A DNA stretch of 33,905 nt, from IMG/VR virus record IMGVR_UViG_2541047807_000007; one strand, written 5' to 3'. The notes under the pieces were generated by a model, which searched no databases, was not told where the DNA came from, and saw only the letters and a list, made by a program, of their open reading frames with translations. This stretch comes from a virus. Its lineage: Duplodnaviria > Heunggongvirae > Uroviricota > Caudoviricetes. Made by a program: the position numbers and the translations under genes. Positions 7,962 through 17,119 of the stretch are shown here, one piece after another (the stretch's first letter is position 1; each line of letters starts with the position of its first letter).

Positions 7962-9263
7962 ATGGAAAATATAAAGATTGATAAGTTTCTCACTATTCAA
8001 AAAGTTGATATTCCTCTTAAGAAAGTGAATATATTTATTGGGCCTCAGGCACAGGGGAAAAGTGTCATTGCAAAGCTAATAAAATATTTTAAAGATTATC
8101 CTATGGATATACTACGAGCTTCAACAGAGGGTAAAACTAAAAGAGATATATTGAAGGAGCAAAAGAATAAGTTTAGTAAAATTTTCCCTCAGCAGTATTG
8201 GGCTGATGATGAGTTTTTTATTGAGTATAGTAATAAGCACTATTGGGTGCGGATTACTAATCGAAAAAATAGCAAAGGGTCATTGAAAATAGACCTTTCT
8301 GAGAATTTAACGAAGACGATTGCTAAACTTCGTTTGATTGTACGAAAGGATTTAGATGAAAATATTGAGAATTCACTTGCAGAAAGCGTTACGAGAAGAC
8401 GTAAACGCGGAATTGAACATGAATTGCGAGTATGTCTTTCTCTAGGATTGTTTTCAGAACCAGAAACAAAGCTTGAAAGTGTTTTTTATATCCCCGCAGG
8501 GCGCTCTTTTTTTGCTAATTTGCAAAAAAATGTGTTTTCATTTTTATCCAGTAGTATAGAAATTGACTACTTTTTGACAGAGTTTGGTTCTCTGTATGAA
8601 CAAACAAAAAAATTATTTAACCAAGATTACATGATTAGGATGCTTAGGGGGGCTGTGCCTCAACATGTTAATAAACTTGTGGAGGAGTTGATTTGCGGAA
8701 AATATATAACAGAAAAGGGTGAGGATTTTATTCGTCATGCTGCTAAGAAGACGAATCTTAACAACTCGAGCTCAGGGCAGCAAGAAGCGTTACCAATGGC
8801 TTTAATGTTATCCTCATGGCCGTATTTACAGTCTGTGACTAGTAAGAGTTTTATTATTGAGGAGCCGGAGGCTCATCTGTTTCCTTCTGCCCAAGCAAAA
8901 GTTGTATCTTTAATAGCCTCAGCGTATAACCAAGCAGAAAGCTATTGTAGCTATACAATAACAACACATAGTCCATATATTCTAAGTGCCTTCAATAATT
9001 TGATTCAAGCAGGTAATGCATTAAAGTGTATTAAGGGCAAGAATAATACCGATATCGAACGCTTATATAAGCTTGTTCCAGAGTCTCAAATTATTGATTT
9101 TGATGATGTGACAGCTTATATGGTTAATGCTGGGAAAGTGACGGAAATACTGGATTCCGAACTAAATATATTAGATGCGAATGAAATAGATAGGATTTCC
9201 TCTATTTTTTCAGAGACTTTTGATGCATTGATTGATATCGAATATTCGGCTACTGTGAATTAG
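7962..9263 (+). CDS. OLD-like / AAA_21-type ABC ATPase (433 aa), no fused nuclease domain; cargo
   Basis: Walker A GPQAQGKS near the N-terminus, Q-loop-like YIPAGR, ABC signature-like SSGQQ, Walker B FIIEEPEAHLFP, H-loop TTHSP; SD AAGGAG; very AT-rich. Confidence 0.8.
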   Translation: MENIKIDKFLTIQKVDIPLKKVNIFIGPQAQGKSVIAKLIKYFKDYPMDILRASTEGKTKRDILKEQKNKFSKIFPQQYWADDEFFIEYSNKHYWVRITNRKNSKGSLKIDLSENLTKTIAKLRLIVRKDLDENIENSLAESVTRRRKRGIEHELRVCLSLGLFSEPETKLESVFYIPAGRSFFANLQKNVFSFLSSSIEIDYFLTEFGSLYEQTKKLFNQDYMIRMLRGAVPQHVNKLVEELICGKYITEKGEDFIRHAAKKTNLNNSSSGQQEALPMALMLSSWPYLQSVTSKSFIIEEPEAHLFPSAQAKVVSLIASAYNQAESYCSYTITTHSPYILSAFNNLIQAGNALKCIKGKNNTDIERLYKLVPESQIIDFDDVTAYMVNAGKVTEILDSELNILDANEIDRISSIFSETFDALIDIEYSATVN

Positions 9264-9271
9264 GTGATTGA

Positions 9272-9709
9272 ATGTGTAAAAATTGCAAAGGAAAAACAAA
9301 AAATAAAATCATTGTGCTATCTGATAAAGGAACATCAACGCAATTGTCAGTCACAAATGATAATGAGTTGGAAGTTGAGCATAAGTTAATAGATGGTTGC
9401 GCTATTGTTGTTGGAGAGCGGTGTGATCATTATTTGAAGATTTATAACAATCAGGATGTTTCACATCTTTTTGTTGAACTTAAAGGAAGTGATGTTGAAA
9501 AAGCTGTTAAACAGATAGTGACAACTTTAAAGTCAGGTGTGATTAATGTAGGTGCTAAAGAAAAAAAACATGGTGCTATTGTTAGCACTAGGAATCCGCT
9601 AAACTCAACAGAAACCAATAGGTTAAAGAAGAAAATTCTTTTGAGTGACGGAGTGAATTTGCATTTCTATAAAATGAAGGCGCAGCAAAAAATAACTTCT
9701 TTTACATGA
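9272..9709 (+). CDS. Hypothetical 145-aa Cys-containing partner of the ATPase (candidate effector)
   Basis: Starts 8 nt after the ATPase stop with SD AGGTGA; N-terminal CxxC (MCKNCKGK), C43/C51-DH, VELKGSD and LLSDG acidic motifs; same AT-rich composition as the ATPase. Confidence 0.65.
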   Translation: MCKNCKGKTKNKIIVLSDKGTSTQLSVTNDNELEVEHKLIDGCAIVVGERCDHYLKIYNNQDVSHLFVELKGSDVEKAVKQIVTTLKSGVINVGAKEKKHGAIVSTRNPLNSTETNRLKKKILLSDGVNLHFYKMKAQQKITSFT

Positions 9710-9722
9710 AGTGTTCTCTTGT

Positions 9723-9746
9723 ACAGGCATGCATTTGCATGCCTGT
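9723..9746. terminator. Perfect 11-bp-arm palindrome ACAGGCATGCA-TT-TGCATGCCTGT between the cargo operon and Q; likely bidirectional terminator
   Basis: Seen in sequence between convergent genes; T-rich run downstream on the plus strand. Confidence 0.55.
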
Positions 9747-9812
9747 CGTGTAATCTTTTACACTATATTTGTGTTGGTTCTAATCTTGTTATGTGTTTGT
9801 TTCGGTGATGGG

Positions 9813-10832
9813 TCATAATGAATAAGTTCGAAAGCGAAATACATCTTCGCCAACCCAACAGTTAATTTCTTTACATCGCTCTTGGAGGAACGTTAGCTCG
9901 TTGCGTACAAAGACTTGTGCTGCTTTTGTTACATCTCCAAATCCTCCTGTGTTGTTGGGCATCATTCCTATCATTTGGGGAGGCACGCGATGAGCACTCA
10001 TTAGATCTTCAGCACTTGCTTTTTTGATATTAAAAAAATCGTCCTTCGTCGCCACTTCACTGAGCGGGATAATTTTAATGCCGTCGGCTTTCCCCTGTGG
10101 GGCATAGAGAAACAGATTTTTAAAATTGTTGCGGCCTTTCGACTTCACCATGTTTTCGCGAAGCATTTCGATATCGTTGCGGTCCTGCACGGCATCGGTG
10201 ACGTACATGATGTATCCGGCATGTGCGCCGTTTTCGTAATACTTGCGGCGGAACAGCGTGGCCGACTCATTCAGCCAGGCAGAATTAAGGGCGCTGAGAT
10301 ATTCCGGCAGACCGTACAGCTCCTGATTGATATCCGGCTCCAGCAGGTGAAACACGGAGCCGGGCGCGAAAGGTGTCGGCTCGTTAAAGGACGGCACCCA
10401 CCAGTAAACATCCTCTTCCACACCACGGCGGGTATATTTTGCCGGTGAGGTTTCCAGTCTGATGACCTTACCGGTGGTGCTGTAGCGCTTTTCCAGAAAC
10501 GCATTACCGAACACCAGAAAATCCAGCACAAAGCGGCTGAAATCCTGCTGGGAAAGCCACGGATGCGGGATAAATGTCGAGGCCAGAATATTGCGTTTGA
10601 CGTAAATCGGCGAGCTGTGATGCACGGCAGCACGCAGACTTTTTGCCAGGCCGGTAAAGCTGACCGGTGGCTCATACCATCTGCCGTTACTGATGCACTC
10701 GACGTAATCCAGAATGTCACGGCGGTCGAGTACCGGCACCGGCTCACCAAAGGTGAATGCCTCCATTTTCGGGGCGCTGGCGGTCATTTTTTTTGCCGCA
10801 GGTTGCGGTGTTTTCCCTTTTTTCTTACTCAT
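9813..10832 (-). CDS. Q: Portal (capsid) protein gpQ (339 aa)
   Basis: P2 order and size; ATGA overlap with the P stop; first gene inside cos on the leftward late operon. Confidence 0.9.
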   Translation of the reverse strand: MSKKKGKTPQPAAKKMTASAPKMEAFTFGEPVPVLDRRDILDYVECISNGRWYEPPVSFTGLAKSLRAAVHHSSPIYVKRNILASTFIPHPWLSQQDFSRFVLDFLVFGNAFLEKRYSTTGKVIRLETSPAKYTRRGVEEDVYWWVPSFNEPTPFAPGSVFHLLEPDINQELYGLPEYLSALNSAWLNESATLFRRKYYENGAHAGYIMYVTDAVQDRNDIEMLRENMVKSKGRNNFKNLFLYAPQGKADGIKIIPLSEVATKDDFFNIKKASAEDLMSAHRVPPQMIGMMPNNTGGFGDVTKAAQVFVRNELTFLQERCKEINCWVGEDVFRFRTYSL

Positions 10833-12604
10833 CAGTAAAACTCCAGAATGGTGGATGTCAGCGGGGTGCTGATACCGGCGGTGAGTGGCTCATTTAACAG
10901 AGCGTGCATGGTCGCCCAGGCGAGGTCGGCGTGGCTGGCTTCCTCGCTGCGGCTGGCCTCATAGGTGGCGCTGCGTCCGCTGCTGGTCATGGTCTTGCGG
11001 ATAGCCATAAACGAGCTGGTGATGTCGGTGGCGCTGACGTCATATTCCAGACAGCCACGGCGAATAACGTCTTTTGCCTTGAGCACCATTGCGGTTTTCA
11101 TTTCCGGCGTGTAGCGGATGTCGCGCGCGGCGGGATAGAACGAGCGCACGAGCTGGAACACGCCGACACCGAGGCCGGTGGCATCAATACCGATGTATTC
11201 GACGTTGTATTTTTCGGTGAGTTTGCGGATGGATTCCGCCTGAGTGGCAAAGTCCATGCCTTTCCACTGGTGACGCTCAAGTATTCTGAATTTGCCACCG
11301 GCCACCACCGGCGGTGCCAGCACCACGCATCCGGCGCTGTCGCCACGGTGTGACGGGTCGTAACCAATCCATACCGGGCGGGAGCCGAACGGATTCGCGG
11401 CAAACGGCGCATAGTCTTCCCATTCTTCCAGCGTGTCGACCATGCAGCGTTGCAGCTCCTCGAACGGGAACACCGACGCCTTGTCGTCAACAAATTCACA
11501 CATGAACAGGTTTTTAAAATCGTCGGCGCTGTTTTCACGTTTGAGCTGCTCAATGTCGAACAGCGTGCAGCCACCTTTCAGGGCGTCCTCAATGGTGACA
11601 ATCTGCCGCCACTGGCCGTCCGCACAGAGAAGCCCACCGGCAAGGGCGTTATGACTGACGTCGATTTCCACGCGTTCGGCGGCGCTGGCGCGTCCCCGGT
11701 TGAACAGTTCACCTGACCAGAACGGGTAGGCGTCGTGCGCCAGCGTGGACGGGGTGGAGAAATAGGTCGAACGCAGGTGACTCTGTGAGGCCATACCTGA
11801 TGCCACCTTACGCAGTACCTGAAAATTCGGGATCCAGAAAATCTCGTCGACGTACAGGTCGCCGTTATGGCTCTGTGCGGTGTTGGAGTTGGTGCCGAGA
11901 AAAATCAGTTTTGCGCCGTTATTGCCCAGGACAATCGGGTCACCGGTCAGGTCAACGTCAACCAGACGGGCAAAGGCGATGATGTATTCGCGGAACACAT
12001 ACGCCTGCGTTTTACTGGCCGACAGAAAAATCTGGTTATGACCGGTTTTCAGGGCGCGCAGCAGCGCCTCGCGGGAAAAATAAAACGTCGCGCCAATCTG
12101 GCGGGATTTCAGGATATCGCGGATGCGGTGCTCAAGCCCGGCGCGATACCAGTGCAACTGATAGTCGAAAGACTGCTCAAAGAAAATCTGCTCCAGCTTT
12201 TCGATGGCCTCGTCACTGAAAAAATTCTTTTTCGGTTTGCGACGCCCGCCTTTGTTGCGGTTAGCGACGTTCGGATTAAGGTCTGCCTCGTTGCCGGTCT
12301 GACTGTAGCGGTTTACCCGTGCCAGTCGTTCAATCTGGCGTCCCAGCAGGTCAATTTCCTTGAAGTCACCGCCGGTTTTCTGCGGTTTGATGATGAGCTG
12401 GGTCAGTCGCGCTTCCAGACTCATTTCGACACGGCTGATGGGGGCAACGCTGTCCCAGCCGTCGCGCTGTTTCCAGCTCTGCACCGTCGGGCGTTTCATC
12501 TGCAACATGGCGGCAATCTGCGGCACGGAAAACCCCTGCCAGTACAGCAGCGCCGCCTGACGACGCGGGTCGTGTAAAAGAGTGGTGTCTGTGGTGATGG
12601 TCAT
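10832..12604 (-). CDS. P: Terminase large subunit (ATPase) gpP (590 aa from internal ATG; track ORF extends to 12634)
   Basis: The internal Met gives the P2 gpP length of 590 aa with SD GAGGT; position upstream of Q. Confidence 0.9.
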   Translation of the reverse strand: MTITTDTTLLHDPRRQAALLYWQGFSVPQIAAMLQMKRPTVQSWKQRDGWDSVAPISRVEMSLEARLTQLIIKPQKTGGDFKEIDLLGRQIERLARVNRYSQTGNEADLNPNVANRNKGGRRKPKKNFFSDEAIEKLEQIFFEQSFDYQLHWYRAGLEHRIRDILKSRQIGATFYFSREALLRALKTGHNQIFLSASKTQAYVFREYIIAFARLVDVDLTGDPIVLGNNGAKLIFLGTNSNTAQSHNGDLYVDEIFWIPNFQVLRKVASGMASQSHLRSTYFSTPSTLAHDAYPFWSGELFNRGRASAAERVEIDVSHNALAGGLLCADGQWRQIVTIEDALKGGCTLFDIEQLKRENSADDFKNLFMCEFVDDKASVFPFEELQRCMVDTLEEWEDYAPFAANPFGSRPVWIGYDPSHRGDSAGCVVLAPPVVAGGKFRILERHQWKGMDFATQAESIRKLTEKYNVEYIGIDATGLGVGVFQLVRSFYPAARDIRYTPEMKTAMVLKAKDVIRRGCLEYDVSATDITSSFMAIRKTMTSSGRSATYEASRSEEASHADLAWATMHALLNEPLTAGISTPLTSTILEFY

Positions 12605-12670
12605 GAATACCTCGCCGTGATGAATACACGGCAAGGCTACTGAGTCGCGCCCCGCGATTCGCTAAGGTGC

Positions 12671-12691
12671 TGTTGTGTCAGTGATAAGCCA
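12671..12691. promoter_or_regulatory. Candidate Ogr-dependent late promoter element (TGTTGT-N12-CCA) in the divergent P/O intergenic
   Basis: TGTTGT-N12-C(A/C)A recurs upstream of O, V and FI; P2 late promoters are known to carry a TGT-N12-ACA-type activator site near -55. Exact boundaries uncertain. Confidence 0.35.
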
Positions 12692-12777
12692 TCCGGGACT
12701 GATGGCGGAGGATGCGCATCGTCGGGAAACTGATGCCGACATGTGACTCCTCTAATCACTATTCAGGACTCCTGACA

Positions 12778-13632
12778 ATGGCAAAAAAAGTCTCAAAATT
12801 CTTTCGTATCGGCGTTGAGGGTGACACCTGTGACGGGCGTGTCATCAGTGCGCAGGATATTCAGGAAATGGCCGAAACCTTTGACCCGCGTGTCTATGGT
12901 TGCCGCATTAACCTGGAACATCTGCGCGGCATCCTGCCTGACGGTATTTTTAAGCGTTATGGCGATGTGGTCGAACTGAAGGCCGAAAAGATTGACGATG
13001 ATTCGGCGCTGAAAGGCAAATGGGCGCTGTTTGCGAAAATCACCCCGACCGATGACCTTATCGCGATGAACAAGGCCGCGCAGAAGGTCTATACCTCAAT
13101 GGAAATTCAGCCGAACTTTGCCAATACCGGCAAATGTTATCTGGTGGGTCTGGCCGTCACCGATGACCCGGCAAGCCTCGGCACGGAATACCTGGAATTC
13201 TGCCGCACGGCAAAACACAACCCCCTGAACCGCTTCAAATTAAGCCCTGAAAACCTGTTTTCAGTGGCAACGCCTGTTGAGCTGGAATTTGAAGACCTGC
13301 CTGAAACCGTGTTCACCGCCCTGACCGAAAAGGTGAAATCCATTTTTGGCCGCAAACAGGCCAGCGATGACGCCCGTCTGAATGACGTGCATGAAGCGGT
13401 GACCGCTGTTGCTGAACATGTGCAGGAAAAACTGAGCGCCACTGAGCAGCGCCTCTCTGAGATGGAAACTGCCTTTTCCGCACTTAAGCAGGAGGTGACT
13501 GACAGGGCGGATGAAACCAGCCAGGCATTCACCCGCCTGAAAAACAGTCTCGACCACACCGAAAGTCTGACCCAGCAGCGCCGCAGCAAGGCCACCGGTG
13601 GTGGCGGTGACGCCCTGATGACGAACTGCTGA
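12778..13632 (+). CDS. O: Capsid scaffolding protein gpO (284 aa from internal ATG; track ORF starts 12712)
   Basis: The internal Met gives the P2 gpO length of 284 aa; coiled-coil rich C-terminus; precedes the major capsid gene. Confidence 0.9.
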   Translation: MAKKVSKFFRIGVEGDTCDGRVISAQDIQEMAETFDPRVYGCRINLEHLRGILPDGIFKRYGDVVELKAEKIDDDSALKGKWALFAKITPTDDLIAMNKAAQKVYTSMEIQPNFANTGKCYLVGLAVTDDPASLGTEYLEFCRTAKHNPLNRFKLSPENLFSVATPVELEFEDLPETVFTALTEKVKSIFGRKQASDDARLNDVHEAVTAVAEHVQEKLSATEQRLSEMETAFSALKQEVTDRADETSQAFTRLKNSLDHTESLTQQRRSKATGGGGDALMTNC

Positions 13633-13690
13633 CCGGCGTCAGTCAGTCCGGGAAAACCTTCACGATTAACCCTTAATTTCAGGAAAAACT

Positions 13691-14764
13691 ATGCGCCAGG
13701 AAACCCGCTTTAAATTTAATGCTTACCTGTCCCGTGTTGCCGAACTGAACGGCATCGACGCCGGTGATGTGTCGAAAAAATTCACCGTTGAACCGTCGGT
13801 CACCCAGACCCTGATGAACACCATGCAGGAGTCCTCTGACTTTCTGACCCGCATCAACATTGTGCCGGTCAGCGAAATGAAAGGGGAAAAAATTGGCATC
13901 GGTGTCACCGGCTCCATCGCCAGCACCACCGACACCGCCGGTGGCACCGAGCGTCAGCCGAAGGACTTCTCGAAGCTGGCGTCAAACAAGTACGAATGCG
14001 ACCAGATTAACTTCGATTTTTATATCCGCTACAAAACGCTGGACCTGTGGGCGCGTTATCAGGATTTCCAGCTCCGTGTCCGTAACGCCATTATCAAACG
14101 CCAGTCCCTTGATTTCATCATGGCCGGTTTTAACGGCGTGAGGCGTGCCGAAACCTCTGACCGCAGCAGTAACCAGATGCTGCAGGATGTGGCGGTCGGC
14201 TGGCTGCAGAAATACCGCAATGAAGCCCCGGCGCGCGTGATGAGCAAGGTTACTGACGAGGAAGGTCACACGACCTCTGAGGTCATCCGCGTGGGTAAGG
14301 GCGGTGATTATGCCAGCCTCGATGCACTGGTGATGGATGCGACCAACAACCTGATTGAGCCGTGGTATCAGGAAGACCCTGACCTTGTGGTGATTGTGGG
14401 GCGTCAGCTACTGGCGGACAAGTATTTCCCCATCGTCAACAGGGAGCAGGACAACAGCGAAATGCTGGCCGCTGACGTCATCATCAGCCAGAAACGCATC
14501 GGTAACCTGCCGGCAGTGCGCGTCCCGTACTTTCCGGCGGATGCGATGCTCATCACGAAGCTGGAAAACCTGTCCATCTACTACATGGATGACAGCCATC
14601 GCCGCGTGATTGTGGAAAACCCGAAACTCGACCGCGTGGAGAACTACGAGTCAATGAACATTGATTACGTGGTGGAAGACTACGCCGCCGGTTGTCTGGT
14701 GGAAAAAATTAAGGTCGGTGATTTCTCCACACCGGCTAAGGCGACCGCAGAGCCGGGAGCGTAA
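13691..14764 (+). CDS. N: Major capsid protein gpN (357 aa)
   Basis: Length and position identical to P2 gpN. Confidence 0.9.
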   Translation: MRQETRFKFNAYLSRVAELNGIDAGDVSKKFTVEPSVTQTLMNTMQESSDFLTRINIVPVSEMKGEKIGIGVTGSIASTTDTAGGTERQPKDFSKLASNKYECDQINFDFYIRYKTLDLWARYQDFQLRVRNAIIKRQSLDFIMAGFNGVRRAETSDRSSNQMLQDVAVGWLQKYRNEAPARVMSKVTDEEGHTTSEVIRVGKGGDYASLDALVMDATNNLIEPWYQEDPDLVVIVGRQLLADKYFPIVNREQDNSEMLAADVIISQKRIGNLPAVRVPYFPADAMLITKLENLSIYYMDDSHRRVIVENPKLDRVENYESMNIDYVVEDYAAGCLVEKIKVGDFSTPAKATAEPGA

Positions 14765-14767
14765 CCG

Positions 14768-15511
14768 ATGACGAGTCCCGCACAGCGCCACATGATGCGG
14801 GTCTCGGCAGCGATGACCGCGCAGCGGGAAGCCGCCCCGCTGCGACATGCAACTGTCTATGAGCAGATGCTGGTCAAGCTGGCCGCAGACCAGCGCACAC
14901 TGAAAGCGATTTATTCAAAAGAGCTGAAGGCCGCGAAAAAACGCGAACTGCTGCCGTTCTGGTTGCCGTGGGTGAACGGCGTGCTGGAGCAGGGCAAAGG
15001 TGCACAGGATGACATTCTGATGACGGTCATGCTGTGGCGTCTGGATACCGGCGATATTGCCGGTGCGCTGGAGATTGCCCGTTATGCCCTGAAGTACGGT
15101 CTGACCATGCCGGGTAAACACCGCCGCACCCCGCCGTACATGTTCACCGAGGAGGTGGCGCTCGCGGCCATGCGCGCCCACGCTGCCGGTGAGTCTGTGG
15201 ATCCCCGCCTGCTGACGGAGACCCTCGAACTGACCGCCACGGCTGACATGCCTGATGAAGTGCGCGCAAAGCTGCACAAAATCACCGGTCTGTTTCTGCG
15301 TGACGATGGTGATGCCGCCGGTGCGCTGGCGCACCTGCAACGTGCGACACAGCTCGACTGTCAGGCAGGCGTCAAAAAAGAGATTGAACGACTGGAGCGG
15401 GAGCTGAAACCGAAGCCGGAGCCGCAGCCAAAAGCGGCCACCCGTACCCCGCGTAAGACCCGGAGCGTGACACCGGCAAAACGTGGACGCCCGAAAAAGA
15501 AAGCCAGTTAA
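14768..15511 (+). CDS. M: Terminase small (endonuclease) subunit gpM (247 aa)
   Basis: Length and position of P2 gpM; basic C-terminal tail. Confidence 0.88.
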   Translation: MTSPAQRHMMRVSAAMTAQREAAPLRHATVYEQMLVKLAADQRTLKAIYSKELKAAKKRELLPFWLPWVNGVLEQGKGAQDDILMTVMLWRLDTGDIAGALEIARYALKYGLTMPGKHRRTPPYMFTEEVALAAMRAHAAGESVDPRLLTETLELTATADMPDEVRAKLHKITGLFLRDDGDAAGALAHLQRATQLDCQAGVKKEIERLERELKPKPEPQPKAATRTPRKTRSVTPAKRGRPKKKAS

Positions 15512-15610
15512 CAACCGAATGCGCCCCGCGCCAGGGCGGCACGCCGGTCAGTGAGAGTGAATCACCTGACACTGTACCGGCGTCCACCGCCCGACTTTTC
15601 AGAGGTAGTC

Positions 15611-16120
15611 ATGATGACGCTGATTATTCCGCGAAAGGAGGCTCCTGTATCCGGTGAGGGTACGGTGGTCATCCCGCAACCGGCAGGCGACGAGCCGGTG
15701 ATTAAAAACACGTTCTTTTTTCCCGATATCGACCCGAAGCGCGTTCGGGAACGTATGCGCCTTGAGCAGACCGTCGCCCCCGCCCGTCTGCGTGAGGCCA
15801 TCAAGTCAGGCATGGCTGAAACGAATGCGGAGCTGTACGAGTACCGCGAACAGAAAATTGCCGCCGGTTTTACGCGTCTGGCGGACGTTCCGGCGGACGA
15901 CATCGACGGTGAAAGTATCAAAGTTTTTTACTACGAGCGCGCCGTGTGTGCGATGGCGACCGCGTCGCTTTATGAGCGTTACCGCGGCGTGGATGCCAGT
16001 GCGAAAGGAGACAAGAAGGCCGACAGCATTGACAGCACCATTGATGAGCTATGGCGGGATATGTGCTGGGCAGTGGCGCGCATCCAGGACAAGCCGCGCT
16101 GCATTGTGAGTCAAATCTGA
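15611..16120 (+). CDS. L: Capsid completion protein gpL (169 aa from internal ATG; track ORF starts at a GTG at 15551)
   Basis: The internal ATG with SD AGAGGT gives the P2 gpL length of 169 aa. Confidence 0.85.
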   Translation: MMTLIIPRKEAPVSGEGTVVIPQPAGDEPVIKNTFFFPDIDPKRVRERMRLEQTVAPARLREAIKSGMAETNAELYEYREQKIAAGFTRLADVPADDIDGESIKVFYYERAVCAMATASLYERYRGVDASAKGDKKADSIDSTIDELWRDMCWAVARIQDKPRCIVSQI

Positions 16121-16323
16121 TGAAGACCTTTGCGCTACAGGGCGACACGCTCGACGCCATTTGTGTCCGGTATTACGGGCGCACTGAGGGCGTGGTTGAG
16201 ACCGTGCTCGCCGCAAATCCGGGACTGGCTGAACTGGGTGCGGTGCTGCCACACGGCACCGCCGTCGAACTGCCCGACGTTCAGACCGCGCCCGTGGCTG
16301 AAACTGTCAATCTGTGGGAGTAA
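16120..16323 (+). CDS. X: Tail protein gpX, LysM-like (67 aa from internal ATG; track ORF starts 16051)
   Basis: TGATG stop/start overlap with L; 67 aa as for P2 gpX. Confidence 0.85.
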   Translation: MKTFALQGDTLDAICVRYYGRTEGVVETVLAANPGLAELGAVLPHGTAVELPDVQTAPVAETVNLWE

Positions 16324-16326
16324 CGC

Positions 16327-16608
16327 ATGACAGCAGAAGAAAAAAGCGTCCTGTCGCTTTTCATGATTGGGGTGCTGATTGTTGTCGGCAAGGTGCTTGC
16401 CGGTGGTGAACCCATCACCCCGCGTCTGTTTATCGGGCGCATGTTGCTCGGTGGTTTTGTCTCGATGGTTGCCGGTGTTGTTCTGGTGCAGTTTCCTGAC
16501 CTGTCACTGCCTGCGGTGTGCGGCATCGGCTCCATGCTGGGTATCGCCGGTTATCAGGTGATTGAGATTGCCATTCAGCGCCGCTTTAAGGGCAGGGGGA
16601 AACCGTAA
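16327..16608 (+). CDS. Y: Holin gpY (93 aa)
   Basis: Small protein with hydrophobic TM segments and charged C-terminus, immediately before the endolysin. Confidence 0.88.
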   Translation: MTAEEKSVLSLFMIGVLIVVGKVLAGGEPITPRLFIGRMLLGGFVSMVAGVVLVQFPDLSLPAVCGIGSMLGIAGYQVIEIAIQRRFKGRGKP

Positions 16609-17105
16609 TGCCGGTAATTAACACGCATCAGAATATCGCCGCCTTTCTCGACATGCTGGCCGTGTCCGAAGGGACGGCGAATCACCCGCTGACGAAAAAC
16701 CGGGGCTATGACGTGATAGTCACCGGACTGGACGGAAAGCCGGAAATATTCACCGACTACAGTGACCACCCGTTTGCGCATGGCCGACCGGCGAAGGTGT
16801 TTAACCGTCGCGGTGAAAAATCCACGGCCTCCGGTCGCTATCAGCAGCTTTACCTGTTCTGGCCGCACTACCGCAAACAGCTTGCCCTGCCGGATTTCAG
16901 TCCGTTGTCACAGGACAGGCTCGCCATTCAGTTGATCCGCGAACGCGGTGCACTGGATGACATCCGGGCGGGACGCATTGAGCGCGCCATTTCACGCTGT
17001 CGCAATATCTGGGCGTCCCTGCCGGGTGCCGGTTACGGTCAGCGTGAGCATTCACTGGAAAAACTGGTCACCGTCTGGCGTACCGCTGGCGGCGTACCGG
17101 CTTAA
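16608..17105 (+). CDS. K: Endolysin gpK (165 aa)
   Basis: Position after the holin with overlapping start; size of P2 gpK; soluble, no TM segment. Confidence 0.88.
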   Translation: MPVINTHQNIAAFLDMLAVSEGTANHPLTKNRGYDVIVTGLDGKPEIFTDYSDHPFAHGRPAKVFNRRGEKSTASGRYQQLYLFWPHYRKQLALPDFSPLSQDRLAIQLIRERGALDDIRAGRIERAISRCRNIWASLPGAGYGQREHSLEKLVTVWRTAGGVPA

Positions 17106-17119
17106 ACGGAGTAAACACC

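Noticed and set aside
7695-8000. Track ORFs 7695-7895 (+) and 7812-8000 (-) around cos
   Set aside because: They overlap the cos site and the ATPase promoter/start region, have no RBS, and give an Arg/Gly-rich translation typical of GC-rich non-coding DNA.
10221-12629. Multiple antisense or alternative-frame ORFs inside Q and P (for example 10271-10750, 11098-11574, 11867-12577)
   Set aside because: Shadow ORFs expected in higher-GC coding DNA; the Q and P frames are syntenic and length-matched to P2.
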